A stretch of DNA of 64,000 nt from Octopus vulgaris (lineage: Eukaryota): positions 101,370,001-101,434,000 of the forward strand of contig OX597821.1 in NCBI GenBank assembly GCA_951406725.2, given 5' to 3'. Position numbers and translations under genes: made by a program. Under the pieces are notes generated by a model that saw only the letters and a list, made by a program, of their open reading frames with translations, did no database searches and had not been told where the DNA came from. Shown in pieces: positions 24,573 through 38,919 of the stretch (its first letter is position 1; every line of letters starts with the position of its first letter).

Positions 24573-27219
24573 TATGGAGTAAAGGAAAAACTGGATGAAA
24601 ACTTCTGGCCACATAACTATTTATATCACTAATCCTAAAATTATTCTGTTCTTTTACACATCAAACTGTGACCATACAAGGAGCACTATCTTCAAGTGTT
24701 TATCAAAAAAATTGATGCAGTCATGTATTTCTGTCTGGTACTTATTTTATTAATCTCTATTTGTCAAACTGCTAAGTAATGGGACTAAAGGGACACAATG
24801 GAGACATGAACAAAAGCGTACAAATATAAACTACATGTTCAGCTCCTCAGAGTTGACTGATCTCATGTCACTTCTACTCAGGCATTCCTCAGCCACTTGT
24901 GTTCAAACCCCAAGTCCCACAATAATTGCTACACCCATCCTTCTTTACAGGTTCCCTCAGGAATTCCCTTCCTGATCATGTCTTTCCTCTAGGTGTTGGC
25001 TTGCGAATGTTTGAGAGGAAAATTAATGACAATCAATCTCTCTGGTTTTAAGGAGGCCTTCACTGACCATGGGCACTGTTCCTTCCTCCAGGCTTCAACA
25101 CTGCTCTAGAATTTTAAATTCTGTTACTTTTTTTTTTCTGTATTAGTTCTTTTTGATAATTATTTTGTCAGTTATACCAGTAGATCACAAACTAACAAGT
25201 ACCACTATACCCCTGCTTCCCTGCAATTAATAGGAATACAAAATAGTTTACAACCAAATAATTTCTTCTTTGCCATAATGTTGGGTCAGTTTAAAACTTA
25301 ATTTTATCAAAACATGAATATTTGTCTATCCCCTTTCCATTCCTCACAGCCTTCCTTTGCAGGAAAAAAGGCTCCCACTCTGGGAAACACTGTTTTTCAG
25401 AGGAGGGGAGATAGACTCCTTGAAATAATAAACTTATTCTAGGTTTAACAAAGGTTGAATAAATCATTTCTTAACTAGATGTGAAAACCAAGAGCTATGG
25501 AGTTTTTCCAGTTATAATATAGAATAGAATCTTTCCCACAGAATATACTCAAAAATTAATTTACTGCTATACCTACTCATCACAGTTGTAGGTTACTGAT
25601 TCCTTTCATGACAAAAAGTTAGAAAAGATTTAAATTAAGAAATATCATCATCATTAAACATTCATTTTCCATGCTGGCATTAATTGAACAGTTTGACAGT
25701 AACTGATGAGCCACAAGGCCACATCAAACACCAGTCTCAGCTTTGACTTAGTTTCTATAGATGGATGTCCTTCCTAGTGCCAACTACTTTACAGTATGTA
25801 CTTGGTGCTCTTTTCTGCCACCAGTGAGGTCACCAAGTAACTTGTGAGATAAGAAAGAACTGGAAAAAGGAAAAAAGATTAAATAATCAGAGTAACATCA
25901 CATTGTAGTATTTGATCTCTGATGTTATTGTTCTTGTAAGATAAATAAAGCTTAACCGACTGAAAAACTGCATTTTAATTTCATCGTTGTAGATTTTTTT
26001 AAGCAGAACGAGCTGTCAATTGTTTATTTCACTAATTTTATTGTGACCACTCTTGGTAACTAATGTAGTTTACGCCTAACTGAACTAGAGCTAGAAATCT
26101 ATTGGGCACTATCATCTTTGGTATGTTTAGCTTCACCACCCTCCCTACACTTTTAGACACGTAATAATCAATCACTAAATTGTTTTCTAAGAAACATTAC
26201 ATCACTGTACAAGGAAAATTAGACTTTAAAGGCCTGGAACATATTACCCATAGATCTACTGTAACAATGTGACATTTCAGTCATTATGTCAAACAATCCC
26301 TCCAAGCTTTTCAACCTTTCTCTTTATATGAGCATCTCTCAGGACTCATAAAATTCATATAACTGTTATTGAGATTGCTGATTCTCATTTTAGATACTAC
26401 TGTCACATCTGTGATGGATGACAGAAAGCTTTTGATCAGTCACATTTTAGACTTCATTCAAAAGAAATCCCATCTCCTTAATTAATAAATCCTTAGTAGC
26501 TATAACCCACCCCTTCCATTCTTTGTTAATAATAGGACTGTGCTAGTACTATAGCATGTCCATAAATCATTGAATGCAGCCTATCTCTACTTACTTTTCA
26601 CTATCTGCATTGTGTTTTCCTTCGTAAAGCTACCATCAAGCAACATATAAAGCGTAGAGATAAAATGGCTTCGTGGAACTGCTATATAGCTATCAGTTTC
26701 TAGATCTTCAGTTCAGTTCCGTTTCAGACACTTCATTCTGTGTTTAATCAGTGTATTTAATTTTACACATCTTGGTGCAACTACCTGTCATGAATAGGTA
26801 TCTGATTATGTAAAAATGTCACTTATAGACTGACAACTAATCCAAGTTTCCATTCACCTAACACCATGTGACCATAGATGTAGACATGGCTCTATGGTTC
26901 AGAAGTTCATTTAACAACCATGTAGTTCTGGGTTTGATTCCACTGTGTAGTGCCTTGAGCAGGAGTCTGCTGCAGTAGTGTTGGGTTTTCCAAAACCTTG
27001 TGAGGGTTCTTTGTGATATAGAAGTTGTGTCAAAGTTCATCAAATATACATGTTCATGTGCATATGTATCTGTATCTTTCATTGCTGTATATTAGCAAGG
27101 AATATAGATATCAGTGCAGGACATAGACATTGACAAGATGACTGAAGAAGTGGTACTCTGCAAATGAAGTCCTTTGAAAAATGTGTTCAACATCAAATTC
27201 CTTCATTACTCTCAACTAC

Positions 27220-27380
27220 ACAGGCATAGCTGTGTGGTAAGCAGTTTCTTTCCCAACCACATGGTTTCAGGTTCAGTCCCACTACATGATACCTAGAACA
27301 AGGCTCTAGGCTGACTAAAGCCCTAGGCTGATCAAAGCCTTGTAAGTGGATTTGACAAACAGAAACTGAAAGAAGCCCAC

Positions 27381-27411
<31 letters not shown>

Positions 27412-27655
27412 TACCGTCCCTTTACCTTGATATCATGTGATAGTTGTAGGCATGTGTCTCCATCATGCAAGCAGTTTCTTTCACTTCCAATCTTCTATAG
27501 AAATATACCTGATCATAGGGAAATATTACTTTACTTGGAGATAGGGTGGGTAGCAACAACTGTAGAAGGGCATCTGGATGTAGAAAAATTGCTTCAATAA
27601 ATTCCATCTGACCCATGGGAGCATGGAAAAGTGATCATTAAAATGATGATGATCT
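27220..27655 (+). mobile_element. Composite SINE family D (B-type head, own body, C-type tail)
   Basis: Same architecture at 61985-62390; reverse and split at 48410-49035. Confidence 0.7.
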
Positions 27656-29079
27656 GAAATACATTAAACCTGTGATTGGCCTATTGGAAACCGATAGTCA
27701 CTGGTGATATTTTTCAACAGATGTGATGATAAATAACCAGAGCTAAACAATGACTTTAAATGCCTCTTGGGCTTTAGGAATTACATTCTCATTACAATAT
27801 GTGAAATCCTTCCGTGAAATGACTACTGCTTTGTGGAACTATCTTCCTTCAATATTTTCTTACAATACACCTTCCAATTCTGCATGTTTTTGCCAATCCC
27901 AGCTCTTGACTAATATTTTATTTTATTAACCATGAAATAATGAAAGACTAAGTTAACCTCAACAAGATTTGAACTCAGAAAGTAAAGGCCAGATGAAATA
28001 CCACTAGGTATTTTGTGTGACACTCTGACAATTCTGCCAATCCAATAGCTATCTTTCCAATAATATAATGGAAAATTTACTGTTTTGGATCTTAAGTGAA
28101 ACAGTAGAATAGTATATGGAAATAAGTAGTTGATATTCTTGATGAAAGTGCCTTTTAGAGTACTTCAGAAAGATTTCATTTGTCTCTACCTCTTTTGAAT
28201 ATAATTCACTAATAATATCTGGCATTTTGTCAATTTTAGATCAACTGACAGTTCTTAATATATGGGATTACTGAAGTAAGTTACAGTATTCAATTCCCAA
28301 ATCTAACTTCTATCCATGTAGTACATGATGAAAAAAAACCAATCTACTGTTCATTTCCTCTTGTCAGCTTCTATAAGTAAAATCCCTTGGATATATGCCA
28401 AACAAGGCACTGAAAAGTTCTTAATTTGTTATGCTATATAGTCCAGTAAGTTGGCAAATTTTATATTGATAGTCAGGCCATTTTTATGCATCAAATTTGA
28501 CCTTATAGTGAATCACTACAATAGCAGAACACATTCAATTCAGCATTTATTCCTAATTCCAGTTTATTATCCTGTAGTTAATAACTTTGATACCATTTCT
28601 TTAGTTACTATTTTCATCTATTTAAGGTGATTTTAAAAGCAGATTCATAAGGGTTTGGAAACAAAACATATCACCATTGAGTTACCACTATCAATCTCTC
28701 ATCATCGTCTTTTTTTTTTTTCATGTATTACACAGAATTTCATTTTTACATCACTTTCATTGTTGCTTTATATATATGATGATTATCACTAAAAATATCT
28801 AGTAAAATTATTTCAAAATATATAAACACTTTTGTTAACCTTTCTCACTATTCAATACAATTTCATTTCTCTTTTGAAGATATTCTGTTGAAGAAATTTC
28901 ATAATTCTGAAATCAAATACTTAATGGTGTTATATTAAAATATATCAATAGTTATAAGTTTGATATCTATGAATACCACACTCATAAGCAGAATAGTTTA
29001 ACATATAGTTTTACACCTTCTGACCTGCATCTACATCTAGAGTTCTCATAGAAAAAAAACGTCTTATTCTACTACTACT

Positions 29080-29092
29080 ACACACACACACA

Positions 29093-29129
<37 letters not shown>

Positions 29130-29140
29130 GCTCTCCCCCC

Positions 29141-29236
<96 letters not shown>
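29080..29236. repeat. (CA)n(CT)n(TA)n microsatellite
   Basis: Seen directly. Confidence 0.95.
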
Positions 29237-29238
<2 letters not shown>

Positions 29239-30960
29239 AATTTGTCTTTTGAATTACTTGACTTTCTGGTAATAAAATTGTTCCCTATTTTTTTTTTCTT
29301 CAAGTTAACACTCAGCATTTTTCCAGTGACTATTTTAAAAACTACAATTGTCTTTTCTCTTCTAGGAATTTTTTATTTCCATGTCTTTTTTTTTCATTTT
29401 TATTTTTATATTATCAATATCATTGTAAAATTAACCCTTACTGGGCTGAGTAATTCTCTGCATGTTAACATACAGACACCAAAATGTTAAAATTAGCTAA
29501 CATTAACATCCCCAACTTATGTACACAACCAAAACTATGCCATATGTTTTAATAGATTATAACTGATGTGGTTTGAATCCTGCTGAAGCTAACAATTTTG
29601 TTACATTTTATCAGATACCATTTTTAGTCCACTTACATGTAAATGGGTACAATGGGAAGATATCACTCATAGAGTAAGCAACAAAGTGTCTATGTAATTA
29701 ACAAGTATTTCATTATCCTGCTGTAAATGAATCCAAATTCTTCATGGAAAATGCAATGAGAGAATATTCATAGTTTATCTCCCATATGAGTCACTACGTG
29801 ATGACCAAATCTTTAGTGATACTTTGGAGATTAAATAGGTTCCAATACACAGGTGTGACAGGTATAACTAATAGAACCTATGCCAGCACAGAACATGGTC
29901 ATTAAATGATGATGATGATGATGATGATGATAATGACTTCTACTTAGATAATATATTGTTAATAGTTCTCTTGTGAAGAATGTTGTGGCCAATTCCTATG
30001 TATTGATCTTCTTACATCAAAAACCCACATGCAGGTATCCATTTAAATGGACCAGTATTCTAACCTCATTGTGGTAGCTTAAATTGTATACAGAAGGATG
30101 AAGGTCAACATTTTATTTATTTATTATTATTTTTTTTATATAAATTAGTTATTATTGTTGTTTAATCCCAGCTCAGCTCTGATTCAGCAGACTATATATG
30201 ATCAAATGTATTCAGATTATGTATGAGAAAATGTATTCAGTGAATCCTACTTCTTTTTTATAGATGGTGTAGTGATAGTTAATGGAAACTTAACTGCTAT
30301 TTCTACCAGGTTAAGCAATCACATGTAGGTTCCCACATTATAAATTAAATATTGTAGAGGTGCTATGCTCACAACCTTTACAAGCCCTCTCACAACTAAA
30401 TAAACAAGACATAAATTCAGTCTGAATCTTTCATCATCACTATGCCAGAGATATGAGGCTCCTTAAACTGCAATGACTATATTTCATCAGGATAGGGAAA
30501 CCATTCCAAAAACATATAGAGAAAGGATCTTTGTCTTGTTGCAACCACTTTACCTGCTACCAGTGATGAAATGAGCAGCTCTCCTGGTGTAAAACATTAG
30601 ACTAACCAAGTAGTTAATGTGACAAATCATATAGCAAAGCCAAGGAAACTCAGCAATGTCATATTGCACTTTTATCTAATTTATGCCCGTTTGAAAAAGT
30701 GAACATTAAAACTATAAGAAGGGGCACTAATAAACTAATCATCAGTTCAGTGTGATCAAATGGATTTGATTATTTTGAGTACACATCCCTTTTAAAGGAT
30801 TCAGTAAGAAGGGCACTTCGACATGTTCATTCAAACTGCTAAAAATCTCCCTCAAATCACATCTTACTATTTTAAATTAAGAAGTATATTTTGAACAGTG
30901 TAGTCTCTGATATACAAAAAGGTTGGATGATTATGGCTGGAATATTTTAAATCATAAACA

Positions 30961-31345
30961 TAGGCACAGGAGTGCCTGTGTGGTAAGCTTGCTTACCAAC
31001 CACATGTTTCCGGGTTCAGTCCCACTATGTGGCACCTTGGGCAAGTGTCTTCTACTATAGCCTCGGGCCAACCAAAGCCTTGTGAGTGGATTTGGTAGAT
31101 GGAAACTGAAAGAAGCCCATCATATATATATATGTGTGTATGTATGTATGTATATGTTTGTGTGTCTGTGTTTGTCACCCCAACATCACTTGACAACCAA
31201 TGCTGGTGTGTTTACATCCCCTTCACTAAGAGGTTCGGCAATAGACCCCGATAGAATGAGTACTAGGCTTATAAAGAATTTGCTTGACTAAAGGCAGTGC
31301 TCCAGCCTGGCCACTGTCAAATGACTGAAACAAATAAAAATAAAA
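30961..31345 (+). mobile_element. SINE family B, near full length
   Basis: Colinear with 7055-7437, from the ggcacaggagtg head to the A-rich tail. Confidence 0.9.
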
Positions 31346-32733
31346 AAGTACTATTTGGAGACTGACCTAGAGCTAAACTATAAAATCTACAATTTTAATT
31401 TCTGATTCAAAATGACTCTTTTATCACATACTATATCACATTACTATACAAAGATTCAACAACTGACACGAAGCACATCTTCCTTATTTGTTGTGCCATG
31501 GCAATTATTTATAAAAATTAAGTTTATTTTCACAGTAGAAAATACTTATCTGCAACAAAATAAGGACAATTATTTTTGAACTTTGTGGAATGTTTTCCTT
31601 CTTTTTTTTTTTTTTTTTTTTTTGCTATATTTTGAATAATCATGTTTACAAAATATAAATACATTGAAAGAACTGTTATTTTCAAAAAGTATTAAGAATT
31701 AGTTGCAAAAATTATTTAAATTTAAAATACCTTTCTTTAACAAACTTCAAAATCCATTCAGAAAATAGAATAGCATTTTCCACTCTTATGAACTTTCCAA
31801 CCAAGAAATCAAGAGATAACTATAATGGCAACTGATAACAAATAACAAAAAATAATAATAATAATCTTTTCACTACTTTATATGAGAGTAGCACTTATGG
31901 CTACTGCTGCTGCTAGAGTTTGGCAAAATCTCTTTGCTGACTAGCAGAACAGCACGAAATGCTTTCTTATAAAATTCTAACATGTTTCATTTAATTTCAG
32001 TACTGAAAACTAAATGAATCTTAATCCCATGGTTTAAGATGGAGATTTTGTTTCCATCTGTTTTTCCATATTAGGATATCATCATCATTATAATCAATTA
32101 ATGTCTATTTTCCAATTGGCTCCTTCTAATGCCAACCACTTTACAGTGCGTACTGGATGCTTTTTTTTTTTATGTCACTAGCACCAGTGAAGTCGCTAAG
32201 TGGAAGGAGCTTTCAAGAGGAGGAAATATACAGAATGGATTTTGTATACCTGAATATATGCATGCTATTGGTGCAGTTATTGTGTTTGTTGTTTATCTTC
32301 TGGTTAGACCTGATTAATTACATACCAATCGTGGCCATCCCATATTAGTAAGAGTATCCAGGGTTACATGATCCAGTGCATCCTATTTTTTAAAGATGTA
32401 ATTTAGGTGAGATTTAACTGCTATATCTAGCTGGTTGAGTAACCATGTAGTGGCCACCTTGCTGATCCATACAGGAGCAGTTTTTTTTTTTTTTTTTACT
32501 GCTGGATGCCCTTCCAGCCATTAAACCACCAAATAGGAGTTGGAGCTGTTTTGAAAGACATACTGAGGCATGTAGAGTTGCATTACCTGCACAGATACAC
32601 TATACAACAGCTATAGTAAGGTTTGAACTTGTGTTCATTTGAACTCACCTTGGGAATAAAACAAATAAGAACTAATCAAGCTTGTAAAACTGATTTTGTT
32701 TAAGACAAGCTATTGGTGCATTTTGGTTTAGCT

Positions 32734-32989
32734 CAGTGGTTCTCAACTTGGGTCCGTATGGCCCTTGTAGGCTCATATAAGATTTTGGTGTTAAAATTTG
32801 TGTGCAAGAAATTGGTTATTCTTTTACAATACACAAAATATTTTAACAATTCTTTTATGCAATTTCTTGTAATATTTAATTATAGAAATATAACATGATT
32901 TTTTTTAAACATCAAATGGCTATGAGGGTCAACCCAAGTAAAATAGGGATCAGAGGGGTCTATATTTTAAAAGTGGTTGAAAATAACAG
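32734..32989. mobile_element. hAT (Charlie-like) MITE
   Basis: CAGTGGTTCTCAAC ... GTTGAAAATAACAG termini and imperfect 8-bp flanks gtttagct/gtttggat; reverse of the 11712 and 36440 copies. Confidence 0.7.
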
Positions 32990-33071
32990 GTTTGGATGAT
33001 TAAGTTAACTGTATTAATAGAAATAAATGCACTACAAAAATAAAAAGCACAATTTATTTGTAAACCATAGA

Positions 33072-33450
33072 ATCATCATCATCATCATTTAATGTCCATT
33101 GTCCATGCTGGTATGGGTTGGACAGTTTGACTGGGCTGGCACGCTGGAAGGCCACACCAGGCTCCAGTCTGATTTGGCATGGTTTTCTACAGCTGGATGC
33201 CCTTTCTAATGCCAACCACTTTGTGAGTGTAATGGGTGCTTTTACATGCCACCAGTACGGGTGCCATTTGCATGACACCGGTATCTGCCACAACTGCGAT
33301 TTTGCTCAGCTTGATGGGTCTTCTTCTCAAGTACAACATAATACCAAAGGTCTTGGTCATTGCCTCTGTGAGGCCCAACACTCAAAAGGAACTCAACCAC
33401 TTTGCCTCCCTGAAGCACAATACTTGAAAGGAACTCAGCCACTCTTCTTC
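33072..33450 (-). mobile_element. Family C retroposon, longer 5' extension
   Basis: Starts with (CAT)n then tttaatgtcc...ctggatgccctttctaatgccaacc. Confidence 0.8.
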
Positions 33451-33759
33451 CATCAGGCTAATAATTATTTTGAATGAAAATACATTAGCTAAAAAATAAT
33501 CAAGTGTAGTGACATATTTAAAAAATTGTAATTCTTTGAAAGAAAAGAAACATTAAAAAACATGATGGTAGAAATAAATATGTGAATAAGTGAGTGAGCT
33601 GTTGTTTATGTGTATTAAAGTTCAAAGAGATAAAAGTGTAAATTAAATTGAGGTCTCTAACTGTTACAACATCTAAATATATAGTAATATAAACACTAAC
33701 AATCATAATCTTAGTAATGAGAGAAGATGAGTTAAACTGTAGTGGAGGCCTCATAATAT

Positions 33760-35270
33760 ATATAAAACCATGCATCATGTAAGTATGTAGATAGCTCAAA
33801 TGATAACAAAAAATTAGTAAGGAACCTCAACAAGAGATTGAGCATTTAAAGTAAAAACCAACAAAACAAGACACATTAACATAAACGTATACATACCACC
33901 CAACCTCTGCTAACATCCTACATAGTTACATACCCCAACCACAACACCCTTAAACACTATCAAACATCATGGGGTACAGCATCAATAACACTAGTTATTG
34001 CACAAGAGCATTACATATCCTAAACAATCCACACTGACACACTCCACTAATTAATCCAATTACAATAACACCTCACCATGGATCCCTTTCTGTTTCACAT
34101 GCCTAACCATTAAAAATAAACTGCTAAATATCCCACTGAATCTCCACTTGCCACACATCTATCATTAAAACATGCTCATCAGTGAACAAGACTAATACTT
34201 TTATTAGCAAAAAGAGCAATAGAACCACTTTCATTGAAAGACTGGATTAAGACTTGCATAACTCAACACTAAATTCTCTGACATAATAGACACTGCACCA
34301 CATGTATTCAACAGAGTAATTGTAAGCGTTTTCAAAAACATGTCATTTGAGGCAGCGTTAAAAAAATACAACCTGAAAAGTTAACCTGAAAAAACTTGGG
34401 ACAACCTCAAACATAATACACCAACAATGATGCATTACAGAAATAAAATCAAGCATCAAGCAACTAGACAAAGAAAAGCAAACTGGCAAACAATTGCATC
34501 CAACATAAACCACAAAACAAGCATTAAAAATTGCACAAAGTAATTAGTGGCATCGACATCCACAAAGGCCTCATCGCATCACATGTCACAATAACAACTT
34601 CAAGTAACATACTCATGCTCCAGCAACAAGCACTTTTCCAAAATCAACTACCAAAAGAATGCATATAGAAAATAGAAACTTAAGATATATACCTTCTACC
34701 TACGTCATAGTTTTGGCCTCTTCCTTCTAACAGATAGCAGAAAAGCAAAAGGGAAATCCAAAATCTTAAGAACATCACTGACAAAATCACTAGCATACAA
34801 CCAAAGGAAATATTGCACTTACAATCACTTTCAACTATTCATATCAATACAGCCAAATACCCAAAATCTGAAAATGGACAACTCAAAACAATTTTAAAGC
34901 TCAATAAAAAATCAATCAGAATATTGCCACACAGATCTATCACCCACATATGCATGCCCTAAAAAATTCTGGACATCACCAGCCCACATATTTCTGTCTC
35001 TAACACACAGTATGGATTCAGACACTCCAACCACCTCACCACTCCTAAACCTTACACAAAAATACTAATGGTTTGAACGACCACAAAAAGAAAAAAAGCC
35101 ACCCAGCTAGACTATCCTAATTACTGTTAACATCAGCAAAGCTTTTGGCTCCATTCCCCATTAACTACTTATAAACAAAATACTTAACACCTCCTTAAGA
35201 AACAAAAGAAAATGCTGACTAGCAAACTGTCTCTCAGCTTGCCAAGACTATGTTGTTTACAAGATCTGTC
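33760..35270 (+). mobile_element. Decayed non-LTR retrotransposon ORF2 (reverse transcriptase)
   Basis: QYGFR near 35008 and TILITVNISKAFGSIPH*LLINKILNTSL...LANCLS near 35112-35236 (D.SKAFD.V.H motif). KILGITY near 37288 suggests it continues past the nested elements. A/C-rich strand bias. Confidence 0.75.
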
Positions 35271-35289
35271 CAAAACAAAACCAAGACTT

Positions 35290-36435
35290 TTTTTTAAAAT
35301 CACATTATTGCTTTAATTACAATTTAATCAGATTTGTCTTGTCCAAAATAGTTCATTGCCCTGTTGGTACAACTCTCCCACTATTTTTTTTTTTTCCAGT
35401 TTTGGAATGCCTCCCAAATTTTTTTCCATGGGTAGTGCACAGTTCTAATAGTAAATTTTCTTTGATCTCTTCTGTTGTTTGAAATCAGTAACTATTTGGG
35501 GGAAAAAATTCAAACTCATGAAACAAAAAGGTTCACAGAGACCAAATCCAGAGTGAAGGGCAACTGGGAGTGAACTGAGAGTTGTCTTGTACTTTACCAA
35601 AATGTCACAAACAAGGAGTGATGCATGAGTGGATGTATTGTAGTGCTGCAGCATTCAAGGTTTGTCTGCCCATGCTTCAAGCCTCTCTTTTACACTGCTT
35701 CTTTCAAATGTCTCAGGACAGCCTAATAAAACTCATTACTGTTCATTTGACCTTATGGAACAAAGTCATGTGAATGACACTCCTCCGATCAAAAATGATG
35801 ATCAACATCACTTTCTCATTTGAACAACCCAGTGCCCTCTTTTATATTTTATTTCTATTATTATCCAGTGACACTGATCCAACTCCTCACTTCATTAACC
35901 AACTTTCTGTTCAACAATGTAGTCTTCACCCCTTGATTCATCACCAGTTATATCACTTTCAGAAAGTTTTCATCCGCATTCTAATGATCAAACAACTTCT
36001 GACTGACTGAATTCTCTTTTTGTTCACCTCTCAGCAGACTTTTAACAGCTATCTGATGCATCTCCAAATTTTCTTCTAAAGTCTTGTGGCATAAAATTAT
36101 ACAAACGTACTTTTTTTAGAAATACCGTCAATATTCAGATGATAATTTTTACAGATCATAGTAAACACCTTCACAATTTGATCACCATCTGTTTTCTTCA
36201 CAGGTTGTCCAAATTTGGGATCGTTTTCAGTAGATGTTCTTCCCAATTAGAAATGCTGTTATCACTTGTGACATTGTACACAATTCAATTGTCCCCTTCA
36301 TATGCTAACTGCAACATTAGAAAAGTCCTTCATAAATTTTTTTCCCCCCTATTTGAAACAATTTCACACAGACCTACAACTCTTCCAAATCCCTCATTGT
36401 CCATTTTGCAACAAATCACCAAGCCAACTAGATAC
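35290..36435 (-). mobile_element. Decayed mariner (DD34D-type) transposase
   Basis: Motifs in the expected order on the - strand: VCVKL..IG, GRTSTENDPKFGQP, ITGDES, SNEKVMLIIIFD, LQHYNTSTHASLLVCDILVK (HDNA motif) and a decayed YSPDLAP region; many stops. Confidence 0.85.
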
Positions 36436-36439
36436 AGAT

Positions 36440-36795
36440 CAGTGTTTCTCAACCATTTCTTTATCAATGGACCCTTTTGATTCCTATTTTTTACTCTACT
36501 GGACCTTCATACCCATTCAATGTTTAAAAAACTCCTATTATATTTTTATAATTAAATATTATTAGGAATTATCATCATCATCATTTAGCATCCGCTTTCC
36601 ATGCTAGCATGGGTTGGACGGTTCAACTGGGGTCTGGGAAGCCAGAAGGCTGCACCAGGCCCATCTGATCTGGCAATGTTTCTACGGCTGGATGCCCTTC
36701 CTAACGCCAAACGAATTATATTTTTAAAAATTGTTAAAATGTTTTGTGCATTGTAGAAATGTAACCAATTTATTGCACATAAATTTTAATATCTA
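36440..36795. mobile_element. hAT-like MITE interrupted by a 5'-truncated family C retroposon (36573-36712)
   Basis: Starts with cagtgtttctcaacc. The insert is flanked by a 7-bp target-site duplication gaattat (36566-36572 and 36713-36719). Confidence 0.8.
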
Positions 36796-38846
36796 AATCG
36801 TCACATCTCATCAGTCATTGATCCACCTGTTAGCTTATGTAGATAAAATACTGACATGATGTGAGGTGATTTATTAGAATAGAAGTCAAGGTTTACCAAA
36901 ATACAGCACTGTAGTCACAAGCACACTGCACCAGATTGTGATTGATACATTGTTTTGAAAGTACAACAAAACAATTAGAATTTTTAATTCTTTGGGTGGA
37001 GTACCACAATGTTTTGTTCTTTCACTCATTTTCTTTTTAACCCTTGACCCATATGACCTGCTCAAAACATTCACACATCTTCAAAAGCAGATAAAATTAC
37101 AGTATCATCCTTAGATCATTGTTCAGACACAAGCAAAACTACTCCAAACTACTCTGATTCTATGTCAATCACCTAGAAACTGAACTTCAAAACAACAGAC
37201 TTGCCAAACCTATCATTTCCTTTCTTGCTTGCAATTCTAGAGAACATTATATACAACCAACCATCACACTCAACACCCACAAGACAAAAATACTAGGAAT
37301 TACATACAAATACTTGTGCAACATGTAAGAGCACATGTTCAGGATATACTAAAGAAAGTAAATGGATACACATATGCATAGGCACCATATTTGGCCAACA
37401 GAAATAATTTTATATAGTTACTCAACCTGTTAAAAATAGCAGCCAGAATTCTGTTAAAGCGCAATCTGCTGTCTTAAAAAAAAAAGACCAACCATCCACA
37501 TTGGGCAGTCTCAGCTGGAACACTTTTCATCTTAAGCCTGCTTAATTAGAGATGACTTAATGTGGTTAAACAACAGCAGGAGATATACAGCAGGCAGTGG
37601 AGAGAGTGCAACATACCTAGACTGTAATGCTATACCCTATACTATTAACTGTTGTTATGTTAATATATAGTATGGGCCTTAACTAAGCCCATACTATTCA
37701 TGACTTATCTGGAACATTGAATTTCTGGATCACATTTTGTTGCTTGACCAACTACCTACATGACACAAGTCTGCTTCATCAGGGCTGACATACAACTAAA
37801 CAACAACACAATATTTTCTTAATTTACTATAATAATAATAATGCTGATGACAATGATGATGATTAACATTAATAATAATAAACATTAATATATTTTTCCA
37901 TGTATTATTAATAACTCATTCTCAGATTCTTCTGAGACAGTAGTTGCTAGACACAAAAAAAATACTTGCTCTTTTATATTTTTTCCTTTTCTTATATTAC
38001 TTTTTTCTTTTCATTTTTCTTGTCTTGTGTTGTTGAGCTATTGTTTACTTTTTTTATTTTTAGCTTTTTTTTTATTAGCTTATTGGGTCATTGGATTATT
38101 TATGCTATATTCCTAAAATAATTGTTTTTCAGGGATTTTTCTTTAACTGTTGTTAGATCTCATAAAGTCAAAACATAGGTGCTCTTTTTTAGTCTTTTTT
38201 TTCTTTCTGCTTTTCCTGGCATGCATAATGTCTGCACTTTATGGCTGTTAAGTCCTTATTGAAAAATATATATGAGGGCTATAAAATATAGTCTCTTTTA
38301 CACCTGCTTCATCTTACTAGAAAATTCCTAATTAACAAAGTACTTTGTAAACTCATTTTTAAATATTATTATACCTGGTTTACTAAATTTCCAAAATATT
38401 TACATTCAAATACTTGTATGACTTACTGAGGCTGGTATTAACATGTGGATGCTTTCCTAATATTAGTCACCCTGCCATGGAATGGAGAGTATCAGCAGGT
38501 ATATAGATTGAAATAAATTGAGTAATCAAGCAGAATGTGAGCCCATGACTTAGGATCAGCAATCTATCCATCATATTTCATAGAGATATCATGCTTCAAA
38601 TGTAGAGGGAAAAGGGTGAACTAGAAATAAAGCCAAACACATTGTTAATTCTAAATTCATTCGTATTTTGCCATAGTGCTTCTTATAAAGTGTACCAACT
38701 GTGAAATGATGTCTCATGAAGTGAATGGGAAATTTGGGTCTTCATTTTATCTTGGAGTTTTAGTTTCTTCATATTTATATCTTATAAATGTTTTATTAAT
38801 AAATATTCATTTCACTCAAAACAACATTATCTATTTTTGGTTACAG

Positions 38847-38919
38847 TCTGGTGTGTGCAGTTAGTTATGTCACGGAATCTGGTGATAAAATGGCTTTCCG
38901 CAAGTTCTTCAAATTTCAG
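38847..38919 (+). CDS. TRAPPC13: TRAPPC13 internal coding exon ((I)[24 protein letters not shown])
   Basis: Acceptor tttttggttacAG, donor CAG|GTGAGT; 73 nt. The first T completes ATT (Ile) from the previous exon. Contains the LVCAVSY...FRKFFKFQ signature. Confidence 0.97.

Noticed and set aside
37667-37697. 11-bp hairpin (similar one at about 48000-48047)
   Set aside because: Short and isolated, with no miRNA-length stem or other support.
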